Source: Trichodelitschia bisporula
Lineage: Eukaryota
Length of the DNA stretch: 64,000 nt
NCBI GenBank assembly: GCA_010356995.1
Contig: ML996688.1
Location: forward strand, 186,001 to 250,000
Direction of reading: 5' to 3'
The notes below the pieces were generated by a model, which was given only the letters and a program-made list of their open reading frames with translations, was not told the DNA's origin and did no database searches. Of the stretch, positions 35,780-49,043 are shown piece after piece. Both the position numbers and the translations under genes were made by a program. Numbering within the stretch: the stretch's first letter is position 1; every line of letters starts with the position of its first letter.

Positions 35780-37842
35780 GATATGGATTGATAGTCGAGC
35801 GGTGGTGGGTGTTGATGGTCGGTGGTTAGAGATGATGGTGCGGATGGTGGGTTGATTCTGGGAGAGTTAGTCGGACGACTAGTGTTTAATGAAAAGCGGG
35901 TAATTGACTTGGTCATCAACGAGATAAACAGTCAACACCAGCGGCATACAAGATATCTTGAAAGTCCGCTAACATCCTGCAACGTACTCAAGGCGACACT
36001 ACATCAGGATTCCCTCCAGTACAGAATCGAAAAGCACTTCTACTCAACAAGAACCGAAAGCTCACTTACCAGTAAGAATAAACGGCATGTCCAACCGCCA
36101 TAAATCAGCGATATCACCCCTCAAGCACTTTTCCGCGAGATTCGCCACCCACGCCCCACTGGCACCAAGGCGATCGACAATCAAAGCTTAGCACTCACCC
36201 CACAGCAGCAGGAAACCAATAAGCGCGTCGAATCGAAAATCTCACAACGGTGCGGCCGATGTCCCGTTATCACAGGCTCAAAGGCCGAAGATCGCATGAT
36301 GTCGAGTTCTGCCCCAGGCGCTGAGGCACCGATCGCTAAAAGACGTACAACGTACTCGTTACACAACTTCTAATCGCCGATTCACGATCTCAACGTGGCC
36401 CGAAATAGCTTCGAAATCGGAAAGAAACAGTTCCTCGAAGCCCGACGCCAGAAAGACGGGGCAAGTCCCTCCGTTAAGCCTCCGCCAACGTGGCCACCGC
36501 TGCCCATCTAACGGTGAACCTGCCACGCCTGCATCGCGGTCCCCAGCCCGACTAGAACTATCCGCAAAGTACCAAAGTACCCCACTCCATCCCAAAATAT
36601 CCCCATCACAGCCCTACCTCATCCGCAAGAACGCCCCATCCCCCGATCTCACCTGCATAACTACTGTACGTATCGTGCACTACCGAAAAAGTAACCTCAA
36701 TACCCCACGCCCCTCCCAAACCCACAAGCCCAAAAAGCGCCCCATCATCCTTCACGCGCATGGGCCAAGCGTTCGCCCCATGCCCGCATAACGAGCAAGG
36801 CCACACGCAAATCGCCATCCACTCCCAGCGCGAGAATGGCATATGCCGCCCAGCCGTTACACAGCAATGGACACGACGTGTTCCCACACCAGAAGACAAC
36901 ACAGCACACCAACACTCTGAATCCCGCCCGCGCCCTCCGCCCCGTCCTGACTCTACTCCCACCTTACATCCCACCTTCACCTCACCAGCACATCGCATCT
37001 GACTCCGCGTTGCGAGCGCGCACGCACGACCAAGGGACGCTACAATCACTTACTGGGAATCTGGCATCCATTGCGAGTATCTGGCCTATCAAATGCTGCA
37101 GTGACAAGTCCAAAATCTCCTGGATGCGCCGCGCACGTCTGCAATGGCTCTGGTATCCAACAACGGACAACAAAACCAAGCAGTCGATCGTCACTCCCAA
37201 GTAAACCTGCCACCTCAGCCAACGTCACCCTAGTGGTAGTCTCCAATTACACAGGTATGCCACGCCGCGATCGGGCGAGAGCATTGCCTAACCAGCGTAC
37301 AAGGCCGCCCCAGAAAGCATCTGTGGTCAACGCGTCAGTATCAGCCAATCAAGGTCATCTCTTCATCTCGGATCTATCCCGAGAAGCCATCTGCTCAGAG
37401 GACGGCGTCAGAAGCACAAAACGACAACAAGAAAGAGGTTACAGAATGAGCCGCGATCTATTTCGAGCTTTCGGAGTTACAAAACCCAGCAGGACCACGC
37501 CGAACTCAGATTCGCCTGTTTTTGTGACCCTGTCCGGATACAACCCCTTCAAAGAAAAAAAAACCACACTTGGCTCAAAGTCAAGCCCGATATCAGCCCG
37601 ACGTCCCCTACGTGGCATTGCAAAATGCACCGGGTATCAGCCATCTAACGCCCATACCCCGGCCCAACCTATTCAAACCTGATCGTCCACTTCTCCAACC
37701 TAAGTCGCTGGAAGCGTGGACACTATCATGCCGAATAACGGTTGACCCGGAAGGACGCTACCGATGACAGGAAACGCAGAACGCACGAAATCAAACTTCG
37801 GACATAGCGACTCACGCCGTGGGGGTCGTTGAGCTCCGACGT

Positions 37843-40187
37843 TCAGAAGCGGTAGTTCGATGGCATGCTCGGCGGCATGCCCGGGTAACCGTAGCCGACC
37901 TCACTGTGCGGATAGGCCATGGGAGGCATGGGTGTCATCGGCGGTATCCCATGCATGGGCGTCATGTTGTACATGTTGCGGCCAGCAAAGTCCTGAACAG
38001 GCGGGTTCATGTTGCCGAGGCCATTCCCGTACGGCATCGCATAGTTGCGCGGACCAACGTATTGGACCGGACCCGCAAACGTCTGAGGATGGATGGGGCG
38101 CTGGGCCTCCAAACGGCGAGCGTCGAGGAGCGCATGAGGCGTGCCACGGTCGTAGAGGCTGCTGCGATGACGGTCGGCCTGCTGCATGCTCGCAGCGCCA
38201 CGGGGAGGGAAGAGGCCGATCTCTGCAGCGTTGTCCTTGCTGCGCTGGAGCTGTTGGGAGTCAGTCATCTGCCTGCTGAATGGCAGCACTCTCGTTCGTA
38301 CCTTTTGCAAGTTGGTGGGTCCCGGGAAAGGAGCCTCTGACCCGCACAGCTGGCCATCAACCTCAGTATACCAGAGTTTCGCACGATGCGGAGCCCACTC
38401 GCACATTACAGACGAGTTCCGGAACTTTTCGATCAAGCAGTCGCGCCCCTGGATGGTAGCGTAGCACATCTCCGCCACCTTGTCGCTGTTGTAGACATTC
38501 CAGCGCTTGCCGACGAGCTGATCGAACAAGCCGATGATGTACTCGGGCTTGATGAGGTTGACGAAAGCGTACCCGACGTTGCACTGGTTCTTAAAGTCGA
38601 TGCGGAGATACGAAAAGTCGTATTTGCCCCAACTGGATTCATCGATGATATCTTTGAACATGGCCGCGTCGACCTTGTTTGGAATGTTGCGGATCATGAC
38701 GGTGGTGCGGACATCGAGGCCCTGGCGGATGCGCTCTGGAACGACATGAGCACGAGGAGAGTTGCGGCCGAAATGGCCATCGTTCTGCTGAAAGGCGGCG
38801 TTGCGGATGAACGGACCCGCGTGGTTGCGGTGAACAGGAGTCGAGGGTGGCATCGGCGCGAGCGCGGGCTGCGCATAACCCAGGTTTTGAAAGACAGGTC
38901 CGCCGCCACCGGCCACAAGAGCATTGCCATAGCCTGATGCCTCCCGCCGATTCATGGTTGCAGCAAGCCCAGTGTCGTCGGTCGGGCGGTATTCTTCAGC
39001 TACAACATCGTACTTGCATGCGGAGTTAGTATATACTCCTCGATCTTTGGAGGGGTGTGGCAGGCTCTTACTGGATCGGTTACCGACGCCTTTTGTTGGC
39101 GGTACAAGCGCAGAAGGAGATCAGCCGCTTTGCAAGACACCATCTCGACACGCACCACAGCGCTGAAGTCATCCGGAAAATTCAGCACCTGTGAAGTGTG
39201 GACCTCACCGCCAATACTACGAGCAAGGCGAGCGACACACTCTGTGATGTAAGTAACATCCTGACCGTGGCCGCGGTATTGACCGTGGCCACCGTTGCTG
39301 ACCAGGCGAAGCAGCACCTGCCCTTCGAACTTGCCGGAGTCATCATCGTGGAACTCGTACGGGTTCACGAAAAAGATCGACCATGCCTTGCCCATGCGTT
39401 CAGCTTCGACCCGAGCTGCCTTCAGTGCCTTGATAGCTTCAGGGACCTTGTCGAAGCGGAAGATCGTGGCGCCATTAGCCGACGTCTTGATGCTCATAGC
39501 CACGGAAAGCTCATCAAGCTGGCAGATGTTAGCTTTGTTCGACGTCTGCGAAGGCTTGCAAACGACATCACGGCCACCTGTTCACGAAGCCGGACAGCTT
39601 GGGGCATATACCTGCTTGAAGGCATCCATGTCGTAGCCCTGGTGATCTATCGGGCCGTTCGCATCTTTGATGGCCATGTAGCGAGTCGCGACCACATGGC
39701 CGTCGGTCGACATGTCGGAGCTGAATGGGTACGGATATACTCTATCCGTCGGCATGGCACCGCCCCACTCGCGCTTCATCTTCGGTGAAACATTTTTGGG
39801 TGGCATCATGTTTGGCGACGACATCATGTTTAACTGCGTCATAGACAACGACATGCTACCGGAATCGTTGGTAGCCCAGCCCGGATTCTGGCTAGAGCGA
39901 GGAGGCGTCGATGGAGCTTGCTTGGAGGGGCTAAAATCAGGCGCTTCCGGCGACAGAGCGGTACCGCGCTGACCGTTGTTGTCGACAAACGGATCAGGAG
40001 GCGAGTTGCCGCCCTGGGCTTGGTTCTGGCGGATACGATCGAGAAGCGCCTCGATGTTCGTAGGATGATGGACATTGCGCCCGTCCGCCGGGGAATAGTT
40101 GGTCATAAGAGTCGACGGAGACGCGTCGTTCGAACTGCGAAAGTTCGGGCTGCTGGTCTCGTGGGCCATCTTTGAAGGAGACGGCAT
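37843..40187 (-). CDS. Mei2-like RNA-binding protein (RRM_2 / Mei2 RRM3)
   Basis: DVRTTVMIRNIPNK...GKYDFSYLRIDFKNQCNVGYAFVN...WNVYNSDKVAEMCYATIQGRDCLIEKFRNSSVM is the Mei2-type C-terminal RRM. Introns at about 39519-39611, 39013-39071 and 38251-38301 join the three ORF-track segments in frame. Confidence 0.92.
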
Positions 40188-40188
40188 G

Positions 40189-40408
40189 CTGTAAAAGTCA
40201 GACGCTGACCTTGAAATCAGGGATCAAACGGGCGCCCCGTGGGGTGGCAGCATACATGTTGAACGGCACGAGTGGACAACCCAGACTTTGATGCTCAACG
40301 ATATGCTGGAATACAATGTTAGCAGTTGCTCTAAGCCGCTGTGGAAGCCCTGACGCAATGCAACGCATAGCACCGAGTCGAAATCGAGCGAAGGCGAAGA
40401 CAACTCAC
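40189..40408 (-). other. Two predicted 5'-leader introns of the Mei2-like gene (40306-40408 and 40189-40255)
   Basis: Minus strand GTGAGT..GCTAAC..TTCCAG and GTATGC..TCTGAC..TTTTACAG; the second acceptor lies 1 nt before the ATG at 40187. Confidence 0.7.
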
Positions 40409-41388
40409 CCTGGAACACGAAGGGATGGCGGTTCAAGATTGCTGAACCAAGCACGCAATGTCAAGGACAAGAGAGTGGATAACAATCGAGGGCTCGAGAA
40501 AAATAACCTGGTACCAAATGGTAGACGGTCGTTGATCTGGAGTTGTACTGTGATGGGAATGGAGTGGAAATGAGGGGGTGGAAGAAGAGGTTTTGGAGCA
40601 AAACGACTGTGGGGAAAATGGTCGGCTGATTTCCGAACTCGCTTCCCGAATAAGGTAGGCATGGACGCTCTGGAGGTTTGGAGAGGAAGGAGCACCCGTG
40701 GGGTGGGTGGTGCGTCAGGGCGTGCCTTCCTCGACAGCCAGCAACCGTCTCACGCTTCGCGCGGTCCGCTCCTTCTCCAGCGACCCTGCCCCACAACTCG
40801 TGGGCTGTAGCCTGGCTTTCTAACGCTTTCGGCTCGAGAAAGCAGCGCATTATGACCTCAATGATTGCAACTCGGGAAGCTAACGCAATCGCAAGCTGAC
40901 TGGAAAACTTCCTTGGGCAATCGCGACCCAGGTTCGTTTGGCAAGGGGGCTGAATATGAACAACATCCCTCTCCCAGCCACTGTCCGATGTGCTGTGATA
41001 CTTTTGTCTCTTCATTTGCTCCCTTGTAGCTCAATTGCCCTGCACCGTGATGTTCAGCCTCCCCGAACTGATGTCTTCCTCCCGTACGTACGCTCAGACC
41101 ATCCGAAGCCGGGAAGGCTGGCTAGCGGCCAGTGGTGCGCCACACCCGCCGGCTGGCTGGCTGCGTGCCCCACACAAGCCGCAGCATTCCCCTTGGCCCG
41201 TGCACTCCAGTGTGAACGACCGCCAAGCTGCGCATCCCGCTCCGCATACCGCCCTACAGCTTCGGTGATGCCTGGAGAACCCTCGTGATTGGACTCGATC
41301 TTTGAAATGCTATAGCTACGCAAATGCGAATGCGGTGCTTGGGTTGACAGTTCACCAAGTTTCAGCAAAGTCGCTGGGTGCATTCACA

Positions 41389-44002
41389 ATGCCGTACGCG
41401 TATGAGCCCGTAGACGATCTCGCGACAGCAGTGCAGCGGGTACAACTGCCCTTTCCGAAAAGTGTCCTTCATCTAATAGAGCAGATCACTTTGACGTCGT
41501 CAGACTCAGACTACATCGACCAGTTGATTCCGGTCATCAAAGATGCACGGAAGTCGAGCAACACGAACCAGCTACTTGGCACTTTTACCCAAATCGCCGC
41601 GGAGCGGGAGTCCGAGATTGAGCGAATATGCAACTCAAACCATCAAGAGTTCATCAGCTCCGTGAACCAACTTCTGCGCGTGCGGGAAGGCACCGTCCGC
41701 TTGACCACGGAGATCCTGAGTCTGAATCAGTCCATTCAGGCCAGCACGGAGAAGCTTGCCCAGCAAAAGAAGGCCTTGGTCGACTCTCGGAGTGTGCGCC
41801 AAAACATTGACGATACCACGAATGCCCTGAACTCGTGTCTGGATGTACTGCGTCTGGCAAACCAGGTCCATGACTTGCTAGCGAAGAAAAAGCACTATGC
41901 GGCGCTTCGCGCTCTCGACGAACTCCGAAATGTCCACCTACGGGAAGTCAGCCGCTACAAAATTGCTGAGATGATTGAAAAGTCGGTTCCGGCAACACAG
42001 CGATTGATTGCAGAGGCAGTCATGTCAGACTTGAACATGTGGCTGTACCGTATCCGTGAAGCTTCTCAGTATCTCGGAGAGGTCGCGTTCTACCACACGG
42101 AGATGCGCAGAATGCGCTTCAAGGAGCGTGCACAAGAAGACCCGCACCTTGCGAAGTTCAAGCTTAACTCGGCCATGGAGCTGGTTGCCGACGAAATGGA
42201 TGAGTTCGATCTTCTCCACAACGAAGAAACTGAGACGAATATCGAGTTCGGTCCCCTCTTCGAGTGTATGCACATCCACGAAACGCTTGGTCAGTCAGAC
42301 CAATTCCGGGCCGAGTATGCGGCAACGCGGCGGAAGCAGAAAGAGCTGTTGATTCCGGCTTCGCTGAACTTGCTGGATCCGGATGAGGCAGAGCTCAGCA
42401 GCCTCTTGGAGTGTATTACTGGCTTTGCAGTCATTGAGAAAGCAACTATGATGAAAACGGACAACTTCCGTGCCACAGTTGATGTTAGGTTCCAGGACCT
42501 CTCGCGGTTGCTCATTCTAACTTGCATAGGTCGACGAGTTGTGGGACTCTATGTGCCAGAGCGCCATCCTTCTGATCTCCAAGGCACTCAACTCAATTGA
42601 GAGTGATGAAAAGTTGCTTAAGATCAAGGGCAGAATTGGCTTATTCATTCAAACAATGGATGTAGGTCGTAGCATGTCTGAGGTTCGATGGCATGCTGAC
42701 ATATCAACAGAGATGGGGCTATTCAATCAACTCACTCAACTCGCTCGTTTTAACTATCTTCCATAAGTATGCCCAGCTGCTTAAGAGGCGGTTCAGCGAC
42801 GATTTCCAAGAGGTACGCTATGGATTACTGAAGCGTGCAGCCGGCTAACTATCTAGATTGTCTCCACCGACGATTACATGCCGATGCCTATCAACAGCAT
42901 CGATGAGTATGACAAGGTGATCAACGTTAGCTGGTATACACCAGAAGTGAGCCGCGATGAGCTATCGTACGTCACATTCTACCATACCGAGCCAGGCTAA
43001 CATTCCAGCTTCCCATGTGTCCTACCCTTCTCCCAAATGTACCCTCTATGCTGCATCGACATCCGCAACTTCCTAAACCAAATATACCTCTTCTCCGACG
43101 AATCCTTCGAGCGCTCCGCCGTCATCGACGAAACTCTCCACACCTCCCTCGACGAACTCCTATGCGAAAACGTCTGCAAATCCCTCGTCGACCGCCTCAG
43201 CTCCCAGTACCCGGGGCAAATCGTGCAAATCCTCACCAACCTCGAGCACTTCGAAACCGCCTGCGCGGAGCTGCAAAAACTCCTCTTCGAAGCGCGCAGT
43301 TCCAACTCCGCCTCCGGCCCCATCGTCCTGCACGCGCTGGAGCAATTCCGCGCCGGCAAAAAGACGGCCGAGAAACGTATCTTCGAGCTCGTGAACTCGA
43401 AGATCGATGATCTGATTGAGACGGCTGAGTATGACTGGATGGCCAGCACCGCGCCCGACGAGCCTAGTCCCTACATGCAGGAGCTCACCCGCTACCTCTC
43501 CGTGAACATGAACTCCGTCCTCCTGGGCTTGCCTACGGAAATCAAGGAGCTGATCTACTTCGATGCGCTCAGCCACGCGGCGAGCATGATCATGGATCTC
43601 CCTCTCGATCCTGGCGTCAGGCGCATCAGCCCATCCGCGACCCACGCCCTCGCCATGGACGTCACCTTCCTGCTTAACTTTGTCGATTCGTTGGCTAACC
43701 CGGCGTTGAAGGAGAATTTGGATGAGTTGGTGCAGACGGTGGCGTTGATGCAAACTAAGGACCCGGATGAGTTCTTTGATGTCTCGCAGGCGAATAAGAA
43801 GTATGGGCGTGTGGATCGCGCTAATGGCGCGATCTTGCTTGAGAAGTATATTGCTGAGCTTCGATTTACGTGTGATGTGTACTAATTCAAACGTAGGGTC
43901 CGGGAAGGCGCGGCTGCGACCCCGCCGCCGGTGGTCAGCTCACGGAGCGACGCGTTCGCGACGTTTGGTTCCAGGTTTGGCATCAATCGAAACAAGGATT
44001 GA
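41389..44002 (+). CDS. SEC15: Exocyst complex component Sec15, multi-exon
   Basis: Motifs DYIDQLIPVIK, EIERICNSNHQEFISSV, PLFECMHIH, EIVSTDDYMPM, FPCVLPFSQMYPLCCIDIRNF, QIVQILTNLEHF and KRIFELVNSKIDDL. Six introns with CTRAY branch sites; stop TGA 44000-44002. Confidence 0.96.
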
Positions 44003-44352
44003 GGATGGTGCAAGCGTCGTTGGGCAGCGGCAACTGGGAATACTGCATACGATGGATTTGGAACCTGTATTTCATCAAAGCCTTCAGTTGGGGTGTTAAC
44101 AGCTTGAATTGGGGACCTTCAGAGTCATGCTAAGCTGCAAAGAAATCGATGGTCGGCAATACGAATACGCTAGATACAATCGCAAGATCAAGTGACTCCA
44201 CCCAACGCTACAAACAGTTGTCGCCCAACGCCATGTCGCCTAACCGCCCAGATTACAAGATCTAACGAATCTAGGCCGTAACAATTCACCAGTTGAATGC
44301 CCCATCCGTACGCCGTTTTGAATTAAGAGCCTCCAGGTAGACAAGCAAAAGC

Positions 44353-46587
44353 TTAATCGGTTGTAAGCTGAACCATGCGCTGCGAAATCTCGTTGCAAAG
44401 AGCCGTGAAACGAGCCTTCTCCCGATAATCAGTGAACTCGATGCGGACGGCGGTGATGAAGCGCTTCTCGTCCTCTTTTCCCGACTTCGTACCAGTAGGA
44501 ACGGCCTCGGAATCCACGTTTTCGGACGGAACATCAGCGGGGATACGCAGACCCTTGATCTTGAGCGAGCGAGGGGTCCCTTCGTCTTTGACACGGAGCG
44601 GATGATTCGAGTCGTTGAGATTGAAAGTGAGATAGCCATTCCTGAATTGACCCGAATAGTGAATCATACCGAACACGGCGCCATTGCGGTCGTCTTGCCA
44701 GACTCGGAAGTTCTCCATGGCGCACATTTGCTCCTTGTAGGTCGTGACGCCGGCGAGGCCCTTGTGAACACGGAGTGTCTTCTCGGTCTTGAAAGAGCCG
44801 ATGAGTGACCGGCCGAAGACTGTGTTTTGCAGGTTCACGGCTCCGGGGACGTCGTCCAGCACGTAGTTGATCCACATAGTAGGTTGTGTACGGAGAGGCG
44901 GTTCACCGTAGATATCGCTGTGGAACAGCAACTCTGTCGGGATAGTGAATGACACCTTCTCGCTTTGGAAGAATGAGGTGTACGGAATTACGTCCTCATT
45001 GTCCGGCACTGAAGAAATTAACAACCATCTAGGCACGATCAGGACCTACTGACGTTTGTGTTGCATCCGGACACTACGCAGCTCGTCGAAGACCCAAATG
45101 CTTGTAGTGAAGCGGATATCTCCGCCCTGGAAAGCATCACGACGGCGGACAAGCAGAATGCGACAGTCTCCAGCAACTTCTTCGACCGTATCCTTCTTTC
45201 CGGAAAGGGGAAGGGCGGTCTTCACGAAATTGACGGACTTGCCACGCCTATTCGATTTAGAGCCTCATTCAAAAGTATGACAGAGAACTTACAGGTCGCA
45301 GTAGATAGCTGAGTTCTTGAACAACTCCTTCTCAAACATATCTTGCTGGCTAGCCGTGCTCGCCTTCCTGTCTGCGGCACCAACTTCTGGATCTGTAACT
45401 GGTTTTAGTCCCAATCTCTCTGCTTTCAACCAAAAGGGTGCAGAATCATTGTTCCGAATGGTTTCCGGATCGGACGAGGTACGCCGATGACCAAAAGTCT
45501 CGCTGGAATTACGAATATGTCCAAGACTCTCTGCTGATGCAGTTTGCTGGCTCAATGCCGGCAACATACCGTTTGGCAACTCGGCCGCAACCGCGGTGGG
45601 AGATTGCTTCTCTTTGCTCTTATGACTGCTTGTCGACGCCATAGAGGATCGCACATTGCTCGACGCCGCATCTTCGTATCCTGAATAACGTGAGACTCTG
45701 TCAGCTGGATGCGAAACCGGGAGGCAGGTCCAAGGTGAAGCCAAATCGGATTGTGAGCCAATGGAGGACGGGCTCCCGGGCTGGAACCGGGCCGGAATCT
45801 CGGGAACCGGCGGGTCAAACCGTTCCACGGGGCGACGATGCGGTACGACAGGTCTACTGTGGAGGGAGCTACGCCTAGGAGGCAGCTGCTTACCAGAGGG
45901 AGTTCTGAACGGACCAGGATCAGGCATGTACACAGGAGTGGACGGGCCTGCGGGCGTTCCTAGCTTCATGTCTTGGATCTGTTCAGCCAGAGGTTCGATA
46001 GCTGCTTCGAAACGAGAGAGGGACCGGCTTTGAGGGCATTAGTTGGATGTAGCATCGAGGGAGAAGAGAACATCAAGCATGGATCTTCGAATACGAAATG
46101 GTTCGACTTACGCCGCAAGTGCTTGCCTCATTACAGTGAGCGCATCTGCGTAAAACGCAAATGCCCCCTTCAGGTGTTGAATCCCGCCGCCGTCACTCGT
46201 CCAACGCATCGTGTTGTAGCATTGGAGGACCGGGTCACTCCAGCAACGCTCGACGGTGTATCCCATCGGCGTTGGGGTCATACGTGTGATCTGGCACTCC
46301 TCGACGAGAGACTCGAGGTCTGCAAGCGCTACCTTGATCGCGTCCATGAGAGCTGAGATCGAGCGCTGAGTGTGATCGTCGGATTGCACCACGATAGATT
46401 CGACGTCTTCTTCGAACAGGTCCTCGGCAAGCTGCTTCAGTAGCTTTGACAAACTGGCCAGCTCTTTCTCGACCTCCAGAAAATCCTCGGGATAGGTCTT
46501 CCGGCCGGGTGCGAAGGCGCGAGCGGTGCGCCAGGCAGCTTGGGAGAGCATGAGAATGTCTCCCGTAGAAGGCATTGCCACCGCCAT
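44353..46587 (-). CDS. Conserved fungal hypothetical protein (N-terminal helical domain, S/P-rich linker, beta-rich C-terminal domain)
   Basis: ORF segments 46108-46587, 45289-45969 and 44353-45036 are linked by canonical GTAAGT-type introns. The N-terminus GDILMLSQAAWRTARAF resembles fungal helical N-terminal domains. Function not recognised. Confidence 0.7.
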
Positions 46588-46980
46588 GGTGGCCGTTGGG
46601 GACGAGGAATCTTCAGTGCAGAGGATTGTGTGGTTTGGTCGAGGTGTTTCGAAGGAAAATAAGCGGTTGGTTTACAACGCGGGACGCGGGGGAGGTGTTG
46701 TTTGTGGGGTTGACAGCACGGTGCTATCGATAAAAGTTTAGGGTGAAATTCTTGGCTGATGTCTGGAGTATCGTACTGCACAAGATGAGTATGATTGCTC
46801 TTGTTCTGTCCCGTCAAGTGTCTGTTGGAAGCATGGGCGCGTAGTTGCTATTGTGTATTCGTAGACCCCTCCGTGGTGGTTAAGAGTGACAGCATTGTCC
46901 ACACCCCCACGTCATCCTGGACTGGTGTAAGCCTCGCCGCGGTAGTGGCGCAGTCCCAGATGAGGGGACTGTCGCCATGG

Positions 46981-47028
46981 CGTTCATCCTGGTCCCCAAA
47001 CGCGCCTGCCTTCGTTCATCCTGGTCCC
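46981..47028. repeat. 16-bp direct repeat CGTTCATCCTGGTCCC (46981-46996, 47013-47028)
   Basis: Two exact copies 32 bp apart, plus a partial copy TCATCCTGG at 46912-46920. Confidence 0.85.
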
Positions 47029-49043
47029 GAAGGCGTCGTCCTTCCTGATCGGTATCAGAGGGTACTGGCAAAACTTCGCTGGTTCGGTGGGACATTCGTC
47101 CGGCTTCCAGTATCAGTACGAGTGATGTCCATATTGATACATCGCTATTCAACCTCTTATTTCAAAGTTAGCCGTTACCCCACATTCTTCTGGCTTCTCA
47201 CATGTATACGAAGGTATGTGAGCCTTACCAACATGAGGTCCACCATTGTCGTCCTTGATTGGTCAAACGGTCCCCAGATCCCGGGCGATTCCTTCAGGGC
47301 TGTTCTCGGGCCGACTGAACGGGCTCGAAGCCTCCACGTGCGATATACCGGATCTCCATTGGGCAATTTCAAATGTGCCACAGTTGATGCCAACGTTTTT
47401 TGCGAGGAACTGGACGCTGAGATTAGAGCCTCTTGTCTGCCCGTTATCCCAGTAGGGTGGCAATGCCTGTGAAAACATGTGCAATAACGCCTGCAACTGA
47501 CGTCCACAATGCCTTTGCATCCAGTGAGAGGCTACCTTTCCAGCATCCAGGCCAGGAGAAGGCTTTGGTCGGCACCGAACACCCGGTTTGATGTTTACCC
47601 CACGCTCCCAAATCATCCGTGCAGAAACGCAGCATGATACCAGCGCCATGCTGTTGGTGAAGTCGCAGTTTCGGTGCCACTGGGGTGACCAAGGCCTGGG
47701 CGAAAGATAATGAGCGCCCTCCAGAAAAGTTGCGGCTGGCTTTTGCTAAGGATTTTGCCGAGTTAGAAGCAGAGTTTATCGGGAGGGGGTTCATCACTTT
47801 TTTCGGGGAGCCCTTGGGGCAAGGGCCGCCGTTCTCCGTCAGCCTGCGAGCAAAAATGAATTGGGCATTCCCGTGTCGTCTAGGCGATGAGCCAGTAGGA
47901 AACGTCCGTTAGGCGGTGTAAAGGCTTTCGTGAACCAGTTGTGTGTGGTTAAACACCCACACGTTATACAAAAAGCAGTAGCTACGCGCACTCTGGCATC
48001 AGCATGCAGGAGCACATCGTCACTTCCTGCCTTTGTGAGGTTCATCTCAATCCAGCGGGTGTTGCGCCACTATAGTGCCCAGATCGGGCCATAACAATGG
48101 AATGTCTCCAGAAGTGGGGGGGGGCAAGTGCCAGTTCGGTCCGCGGATGGCCGTGCATGCTGGAGGAAATTACACTATGTGTATGTACCTCCACTACTCT
48201 GCTGCTGTACCCGGCATTGAAGCGCGCCTAATGTACAATGTAAATGAGTCGAGTTTTGCAGCTTCCAGGTGGCTTGGGGTCGTTCACCACGCTGTTCTGC
48301 AGAGAGGCCCTCAGCAAACCCAGGTAAATTTCCTGGTAATAATGAACCGATCTCCTAAACGCCCATGCCCTATGCCCTTCCGCTACAACACACGTTCCTG
48401 CTTCAACTCAATCGTACATCGTCGTAAAGGCGTTGTATTGCCGTAAAGGCTTTCGTATCTAACCGAGCGGGGAGAAGAGCCTGACATGATAAGCAAATGG
48501 CTAATCGACGGTGTAGGATACCAACCGGATGAGAGATGGGCGCGGGATGCTCCGGGTGTACCCTAATCTGCGGTTAGACGTGGTCGTTCAGGCGTGAGAT
48601 GGTTTCGGCATACCGAAATAGAGGATCAGAGGAACATATCCGCTACATCAAGTTAGACACACATCGTCTTCGGGCTAGAATGATAGCTTACTAGTGGATA
48701 GCGACTCGGGAGAGATCAATGAGCTTAGCGATACGTTCCTATGTCGGGGTCAGTAACAGGAGGGTCAATGAGGACTGACGGCACTCACACGCGACTCTTC
48801 AGAAAGCTGCATTTTGTCTGATTTCAAAAACGGAGAGCTTGGGGTTGATGTTGAAGTGCAGAGCGCGAGATCTGGCGTGGGTATGATGCGGGATGAGAGT
48901 GCACTTTTCCCCGACCCCAGTCCTTGGCGGACAATTGTTCTGCCGCTCCACTCAACCTTTCTTGAGCTCATCGCCGACTTCGCCGCATCTACCACTCGGT
49001 GACAAGCGCAACAACCTCAATCGCTTTCAGATTTTCTGTCAAG

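Noticed and set aside
36440..36800. RNase MRP RNA-like AAGTCCC word near RMP1
   Set aside because: No matching downstream CR-V/P4 partner found; proximity to RMP1 appears coincidental.
38251..38301. In-frame stop-free introns in the Mei2-like gene (51 nt), SEC15 (41440-41484) and the importin gene (8819-8872)
   Set aside because: Canonical GT-AG introns with good branch sites; short 3n stop-free introns are common in fungi.
47918..48456. 14-bp direct repeat GTAAAGGCTTTCGT (47918, 48443) as an element boundary or target-site duplication
   Set aside because: No terminal inverted repeats or transposase remnants between the copies; the match is near chance level for this window.
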